A DNA stretch of 60,564 bases, counting the filler. It is 6 parts of 6 records of this genome, joined end to end, with 100 filler letters (N's around TTAATTAATTAA, not from the genome) between each part and the next. Parts side by side here need not be neighbours in the genome. Positions count along the whole stretch, not along the records: positions 50,614 to 60,564 come from SRR31156797_39102; 5 more parts are not named here. One strand, given 5' to 3'. The notes under the pieces were generated by a model. The model was not told the origin of the DNA. It saw only the letters and a program-made list of their open reading frames with translations, and ran no database searches. Positions 55,852-60,564 of the stretch are shown piece by piece. A program made the position numbers and the translations under genes. Within the stretch, counting starts at the first letter, position 1; each line of letters starts with the position of its first letter.

Positions 55852-56291
55852 GCCGTGCCCCCAATCCCTCCCAGGGCAACCGAAACTGTTAATTCAACTG
55901 CACGATCTATCATCCGGTCACTCAAAGTCCCCTCCAGGCCTATCAACAAAACCTCTTCAGGGAGCGGGCCGTCGCACACCTTTGGAAACACGGATAAAAG
56001 ATAAGGCAACCCTGCCCCATGGCCGTAATGATCCGTACAGCTGCTATTGATAACCTCTTCTTTGTCAAGCACCACGATACTTCCCTCTTGTCCGAACCCG
56101 GATACGGCGTCTACAAAGACCACACGACCGCCCCTCTCAAACAGGGGCAGCAGATTCAAGCCTGCCAGACCGCCCTCAACCACTGTAAGGCCCCTGGGAA
56201 GGGGTGTTGCCTGGAGCCTGTCAAACAGGGCCAGGCCTGCGGAATCCTCGGGGACCAACCGGTTGCCAATACAGATGATAGTGCTGTTCAT
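55848..56291 (-). CDS. Hydrogenase maturation protease
   Basis: IICIGNRLVPEDSAG, VVEGG, VFVDAV and H..G. Start reassigned to ATG 56291. Confidence 0.85.
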   Translation of the reverse strand: MNSTIICIGNRLVPEDSAGLALFDRLQATPLPRGLTVVEGGLAGLNLLPLFERGGRVVFVDAVSGFGQEGSIVVLDKEEVINSSCTDHYGHGAGLPYLLSVFPKVCDGPLPEEVLLIGLEGTLSDRMIDRAVELTVSVALGGIGGTA

Positions 56292-56295
56292 GAGT

Positions 56296-57837
56296 CTAAC
56301 CCAGGGTGAGCCTGCCTGTTTTTTTCCCTTTGACAACGGTGTGGACCGCACAGACCAGGCAGGGATCAAAGGAACGAATTACATGCCCTGCCTCCACCGG
56401 GTTATCCACATCCCTGATCGGTGTTCCGATCAATGCCTGCTCCCAGGCTCCCCGCTCACCCGATTCATCCCGGGGAGAGCCGTTCCAGGCCGTCGGGGTA
56501 ATGATCTGATAGTGGGCAATGGCTCCATCGCGAATTTTGACCCAGTGCCCCAGGGCGCCCCGGGCAGCCTGAACCAATCCGGCACCGTCTCCATCGGGAA
56601 TAGTGTCAACCTTATGATAAAATTTAGCATCGCTGTCAGCCACCAGTTCATCAATCCAAAGCAGCATGGAGGGCAGGTAGCGGGCAGGACGGACAAAACG
56701 GGCCAGCTCCCTGACAAAGACACTGGGACCGTCCTGGCGCAGAAAATCTATAAACAGGGGGTTGCCGTCAATGACCATCTCTGCCAGAGGACCTGTCTCA
56801 ACCACTGCCCCCATATAACGAGGGGCCTTGACCCAGGAGTACAGATCCCCGCCTTGGCCTGATGCATAGGGTTTGGTCATCCCGTCAAAAGGATGGGCCG
56901 GCTGGCCGCCCTGTTCGAACCAGGCATGGGATACATCTTCGGTTATTTTTGAAGGATCAAAGGAAGAAACCGCAGGACCCGTAGCAAATCCTGCTGCGGT
57001 CAGTGTTCCGTTCACGCCCCGGACCGATGTATACTTGGGGAGCCTCAGGCTGCCGTAGGAAAGAAAACGGTTGGGACCGCGGCCCAGGGTAGCTAAATCG
57101 GCCTTCCCGGCGAACCGAATGAAAAAGCCCACCTCGCTGTTCCTGTGATCCGGGCTTTCAGCCAGCCAATCACCCAGCTCTTCAACGCTTTTGACAGCCT
57201 GCCAGCGCTCAATGGAGCAGCCCAGGAGACTCCTTTCATACCAGCGGATAAAATGTTCCAGGATTAAACGGCTCTTTAAAAGCTTGGTCACCTCAGGAAA
57301 GGATGTGACACCCCCTGGAACCATGAACGAGGTGTGGGGCCATTGCCCGCCGATGATTGCCACCATCTCGATGAGGCGCTTGGTTTCCCGGATGACTTCG
57401 ATGCTGGCCCGCCCCTTTAACGGGGCATAGCGATTCAATGCCTCTTCACCCAGGGAATGCTCTCCATAGGCTTCCGGGTTGGCAAAATCCACCATAAACA
57501 TCAATACTGCCTGGCGAACATCACTTTGAATGGTTTCGGCCATCAAGGCCAGGTTCCTCAGGCGAAGCGCATTATCAGGCGGTTTAACACCGCTAATGGC
57601 GTCCAGGGCCTCAACTGCAGCCATGAGATGGGTCAAGCTGCAGATGCCGCAGACCCTTGGAGTAATTACCAGGCCATCCAGGCAGCCCCGTCCCTGCATC
57701 ATCTCCTCGAAGCCCCGGAACATGGTCCCCGAACTCCATGCATCGGTAATCACGCCGTCGGTCACCTCAACACTGACCTCAAGATCTCCTTCTGCCCGGT
57801 TGATGGGGATATTGATGCCCTTCTTTATTTTTACCAT
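56296..57837 (-). CDS. [NiFe]-hydrogenase large subunit, regulatory (group 2b/2c, HupV/HoxC-like) type
   Basis: NRAEGDL, L1 PRVCGICSLTH, YSWVKAPRY, ARGALGHW and L2 FDPCLVCAVH plus a 14-aa extension. Start reassigned to ATG 57837. Confidence 0.9.
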   Translation of the reverse strand: MVKIKKGINIPINRAEGDLEVSVEVTDGVITDAWSSGTMFRGFEEMMQGRGCLDGLVITPRVCGICSLTHLMAAVEALDAISGVKPPDNALRLRNLALMAETIQSDVRQAVLMFMVDFANPEAYGEHSLGEEALNRYAPLKGRASIEVIRETKRLIEMVAIIGGQWPHTSFMVPGGVTSFPEVTKLLKSRLILEHFIRWYERSLLGCSIERWQAVKSVEELGDWLAESPDHRNSEVGFFIRFAGKADLATLGRGPNRFLSYGSLRLPKYTSVRGVNGTLTAAGFATGPAVSSFDPSKITEDVSHAWFEQGGQPAHPFDGMTKPYASGQGGDLYSWVKAPRYMGAVVETGPLAEMVIDGNPLFIDFLRQDGPSVFVRELARFVRPARYLPSMLLWIDELVADSDAKFYHKVDTIPDGDGAGLVQAARGALGHWVKIRDGAIAHYQIITPTAWNGSPRDESGERGAWEQALIGTPIRDVDNPVEAGHVIRSFDPCLVCAVHTVVKGKKTGRLTLG

Positions 57838-57853
57838 ATTAGGCTCTCCGTCC

Positions 57854-58789
57854 CTAAACCTTTGAGGTTCGGTTTTTAAGGCGTTCAGGTGCTGCAGCTG
57901 CAGCCATACCCTTATATACCATATAATGGGCACGGCTCACCCCCATGGGCAGTGCCAGGGGAATGCCTTCGATATTAGGTGTCTGGAAAAAAGGCGCTGC
58001 CCTTGGGAATTCGGGGTCGGTGCAGCCGAAGCAGGGAACTCCGGCCCTGGGTTTAGACGAATGCTGATTCCACAGCAGTTTGTTACACGGTCCCGGGACC
58101 AGGGGACCGGCGCATCCCATATGGAAGAAAAGACAGCCCATCTCTCCGAAATCGGACTCCTCCACCCGGTATTCATGGTACTCGTTTCTGGTGCATCCCT
58201 GGTGGACCACGGTATTGAACCACTCCAAGGGCCGTTGGTATTCATCCAGTTCAAGGGGTACTGCGTTAACAACACTCATGATGGCACCGGCAATAACATC
58301 ATGGTGACAAGGACAGCCTGCCAGGTTGATGACCGGCTGGCCGGACCTGCTTTTAAAATCCTTTCCTAAAAACCCACCCCGTTTCTGTTTGGAGAACTGA
58401 AGGCCTGTGGCCTCGATGGCATGATCCGCCCCAAAACCGCCAAAACAGGCGCAGGTCCCTGCAGCCAAGACAACCTGGGCCTGTTTTGCCAGGGACTCTA
58501 TAAGCTCTTTTTTCGGCCTGCCGTCCTTTGTATCATACATCCCGGTTCCAGCCGGACCGCATATTACAGCTCCTTCAACAATGAGAAGGTCAAGTTTTTT
58601 TTCACCCGAGGATATTGATTCCAGGAGCAAGGTCTGCTCCTTTGGGGAGATATTGCTAAAGGACGGATGCCAGAGCAGATCAATTTTGAGCATCTGAAAC
58701 AGCTCTATGACATTAGGAAATTCACTGCTTAGAAAGGAGAAGGTATCTCCGCCGCAACCGCCGCCCTGTATCCAGTATGCTGTTGTCAC
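57854..58789 (-). CDS. [NiFe]-hydrogenase small subunit, regulatory (HupU/HoxB-like) type, no Tat signal
   Basis: WIQGGGCGGD, LLWHPS, GTCACFGG, GCPCH, HQGCTRNEY, GCLFFHMGC and CFGCT. GTG start behind AAGGAG. Confidence 0.9.
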   Translation of the reverse strand: MTTAYWIQGGGCGGDTFSFLSSEFPNVIELFQMLKIDLLWHPSFSNISPKEQTLLLESISSGEKKLDLLIVEGAVICGPAGTGMYDTKDGRPKKELIESLAKQAQVVLAAGTCACFGGFGADHAIEATGLQFSKQKRGGFLGKDFKSRSGQPVINLAGCPCHHDVIAGAIMSVVNAVPLELDEYQRPLEWFNTVVHQGCTRNEYHEYRVEESDFGEMGCLFFHMGCAGPLVPGPCNKLLWNQHSSKPRAGVPCFGCTDPEFPRAAPFFQTPNIEGIPLALPMGVSRAHYMVYKGMAAAAAPERLKNRTSKV

Positions 58790-58842
58790 AAGAGCACTCC
58801 TTGTACCCTAAAATTAAATGGTATTGTGTTCCCGGATTGCGT

Positions 58843-59745
58843 TCAGCCGCCGTATTTATCATTAAATGAGCTCCAGAAAGGCTTGTCCTTATCCTGCCAC
58901 CCGGCACCGAATGTTTTGTCGAAAAATGGTTTCAATTTGGTAAACCAGGCTCCATATCCGGTTTTGCCCTGCAGTTCGGCTTTGAATACATCAGCTGCGT
59001 GATCAGCCAAATTTGCAAGCTCATCTTTGGGAATATATGAGTGGGCTCCTTTTTTTATGGATTCTTTAAGATTTTCCGGTGTTAATGCGTGGGCCGTGAG
59101 CATCAGGGCCGGGATACCTTGTTTTCTGGCAAGACCTAAAATTTCGTAACCGTTTACACCCATGATATCAAGGATAGCCAGGTCATACTGGGTATTTTCA
59201 ATTAGTTTTTTCGCCGTGCCAAAGGAACCTGCTGTATCCAGAAAACACATATCTAAAAGTTCTTCGATGGTTTCCAGAATATCCGGCTCATCGTCAACCA
59301 CTATAATGCGTCTGTCCTTAAGCAAGGCATCGCTTGTAATTGTGTTGATATCAAACTTGACAGTGGTGACAGGACAGGGTGCTTTAAGAAGAACGGTGTT
59401 TGCAGTGGAACCAAGAATGGTTTTCCTGATCCTGGTCTTGTTGCGTAACCCTATGAAAATATGATCAATAAGATTTTCCTGGGCAAACAGAACAAGATCT
59501 TCGCCAGGCGGCATGCCTCGAACACTTTGCTGGCAGTCACACTCAACCTTAGAATTTTCCATTAGGTGCCTGGCAAAGGCAAGATTCAGCTCAGCCTTTT
59601 CAATATCAGCTCGTTTTTCAGATGCACCGCCTTCCATGGATATGACCACATATACAAATCCATGATGAAGTTTTGCCATGTCCCGAGCCATGGACAGAGC
59701 CATTCTGCTTTCTTCCCCGCCATCATAACCTACGAGTATCTTCAT
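58843..59745 (-). CDS. Universal stress protein (UspA) domain fused to a receiver domain
   Basis: MKILVGYDG...ILGSTANTVLLKAPCPVTTVK (Usp), then IIVVDDEPD...AILDIMG...LTAH...PK (REC). Confidence 0.85.
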   Translation of the reverse strand: MKILVGYDGGEESRMALSMARDMAKLHHGFVYVVISMEGGASEKRADIEKAELNLAFARHLMENSKVECDCQQSVRGMPPGEDLVLFAQENLIDHIFIGLRNKTRIRKTILGSTANTVLLKAPCPVTTVKFDINTITSDALLKDRRIIVVDDEPDILETIEELLDMCFLDTAGSFGTAKKLIENTQYDLAILDIMGVNGYEILGLARKQGIPALMLTAHALTPENLKESIKKGAHSYIPKDELANLADHAADVFKAELQGKTGYGAWFTKLKPFFDKTFGAGWQDKDKPFWSSFNDKYGG

Positions 59746-59758
59746 TTGCCACTCCTGT

Positions 59759-60562
59759 CTACATCCACCGTTTGCGCCGTTTGTAGGACTTGATATTTTT
59801 GAAAGATTTGCGTTTGCCCCCTTTGGTCACTCCCATATAAAACTCCTTTACATCCGGATTGTTCTGCAGTTCGGCGGAAGGGCCTTCCAGAACAATTTTG
59901 CCGGATTCCATAATATAGGCATAGTCGGAAATACCAAGAGCGACTTTTGCATTCTGTTCTACCACCAGTATGGTGGTATTAAGTTCTTTGTTAATACGCT
60001 GGATATTATCAAAAATTTCTTTTACAAGCAGTGGTGCAAGCCCCAGAGACGGTTCATCCAGCATGAGCATCTTGGGAGATGCCATCAAGGCCCTGGCAAT
60101 TGCAATCATCTGCTGCTCACCGCCTGAACTGTAACCGGCCATACGGTTTGTAACCTTTGAAAGCCTGGGAAAATGCCGGTACATCAGCTTATTGTCTTTT
60201 TTAACAGCCGAAGATCCGTCTTTGCGTGTAATTGAACCCACAACAATGTTCTCGTTAACGGTCAGATGCTTGAATACCCGTCGACCTTCAGGAACCATGA
60301 CAGCCCCGAGCTTTACGATTTGTGTGCCTAAAAGCTTTGTGGTGTTATGGCCGTTAAAAACTATGCGGCCTTCTTTGATGGCACCGTTCTCAGGTTTGAG
60401 CAATCCGCTGATGGCCCGAAGGGTGGTGGTTTTTCCTGCGCCATTGGTGCCGAGAAGAGAAACGATTTTCCCTTTGGGCACATTCAGGCTTACGCCACGA
60501 AGAACCTGGATAATATCGTTATAAACCACTTCAATATTATTGACTTCAAGCAGATTTTCCAT
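59759..60562 (-). CDS. livF: ABC ATP-binding protein (LivF-like)
   Basis: GTNGAGKT, VPEGRRVF, SGGEQQM, LDEPSLGLAP, VEQN and C-terminal YKRRKRW. Confidence 0.88.
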   Translation of the reverse strand: MENLLEVNNIEVVYNDIIQVLRGVSLNVPKGKIVSLLGTNGAGKTTTLRAISGLLKPENGAIKEGRIVFNGHNTTKLLGTQIVKLGAVMVPEGRRVFKHLTVNENIVVGSITRKDGSSAVKKDNKLMYRHFPRLSKVTNRMAGYSSGGEQQMIAIARALMASPKMLMLDEPSLGLAPLLVKEIFDNIQRINKELNTTILVVEQNAKVALGISDYAYIMESGKIVLEGPSAELQNNPDVKEFYMGVTKGGKRKSFKNIKSYKRRKRWM

Positions 60563-60564
60563 AT

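Noticed and set aside
59759-60562. livF as the missing ATPase of the ABC operon at 10050-16070
   Set aside because: Different contigs with different composition. No evidence they share a genome.
1-60564. Mobile elements, CRISPR arrays, prophage or recognisable defence genes
   Set aside because: No transposase, integrase, cas or phage structural motifs and no regularly spaced repeat-spacer array were seen.

Overview
This window is not one locus. It is six unrelated contigs joined by five identical 100-nt artificial spacers (N44-TTAATTAATTAA-N44), most likely from an anaerobic, probably marine-sediment, metagenome. Taxonomic labels are inferred from gene content, codon style and protein similarity as I recognise it. 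(1) 1-9856, high-GC alphaproteobacterium-like: UDP-glucuronate epimerase, ketopantoate reductase, acyl-CoA synthetase, M3 oligoendopeptidase, AarF/ABC1 kinase and a truncated single-chain NfnAB-type oxidoreductase. (2) 9957-16188, Desulfobacterota-like: Liv-type ABC transporter with an embedded acyl-CoA ligase. (3) 16289-23088, Desulfobacterota-like Mo/W region: divergent moeA, a candidate stand-alone structured ncRNA, a VCBS beta-propeller, a ModE-HTH/MobB fusion and tupBC. (4) 23189-36922, Maridesulfovibrio-like: glycosyltransferases, ilvBN with an unannotated Val-rich leader peptide and attenuator, a DisA_N/DAC variant, ygiQ, thiD-thiN and the 5' part of a tRNA-Leu. (5) 37023-50513, spirochaete-like: short SMC, a two-repeat PUR protein, a five-gene phosphatase/Ser-Thr kinase/FHA/VWA operon, an EAL protein and cbiB-cobD. 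(6) 50614-60564, Desulfobacteraceae-like: a regulatory-type [NiFe]-hydrogenase coupled to a maturation protease, a hybrid PAS histidine kinase and a REC-GGDEF cyclase, downstream of a UspA-REC fusion and livF. The best candidates for undescribed biology are the H2-to-c-di-GMP relay, the spirochaete phospho-signalling operon, the ~190-nt orphan ncRNA and the ModE-MobB fusion.
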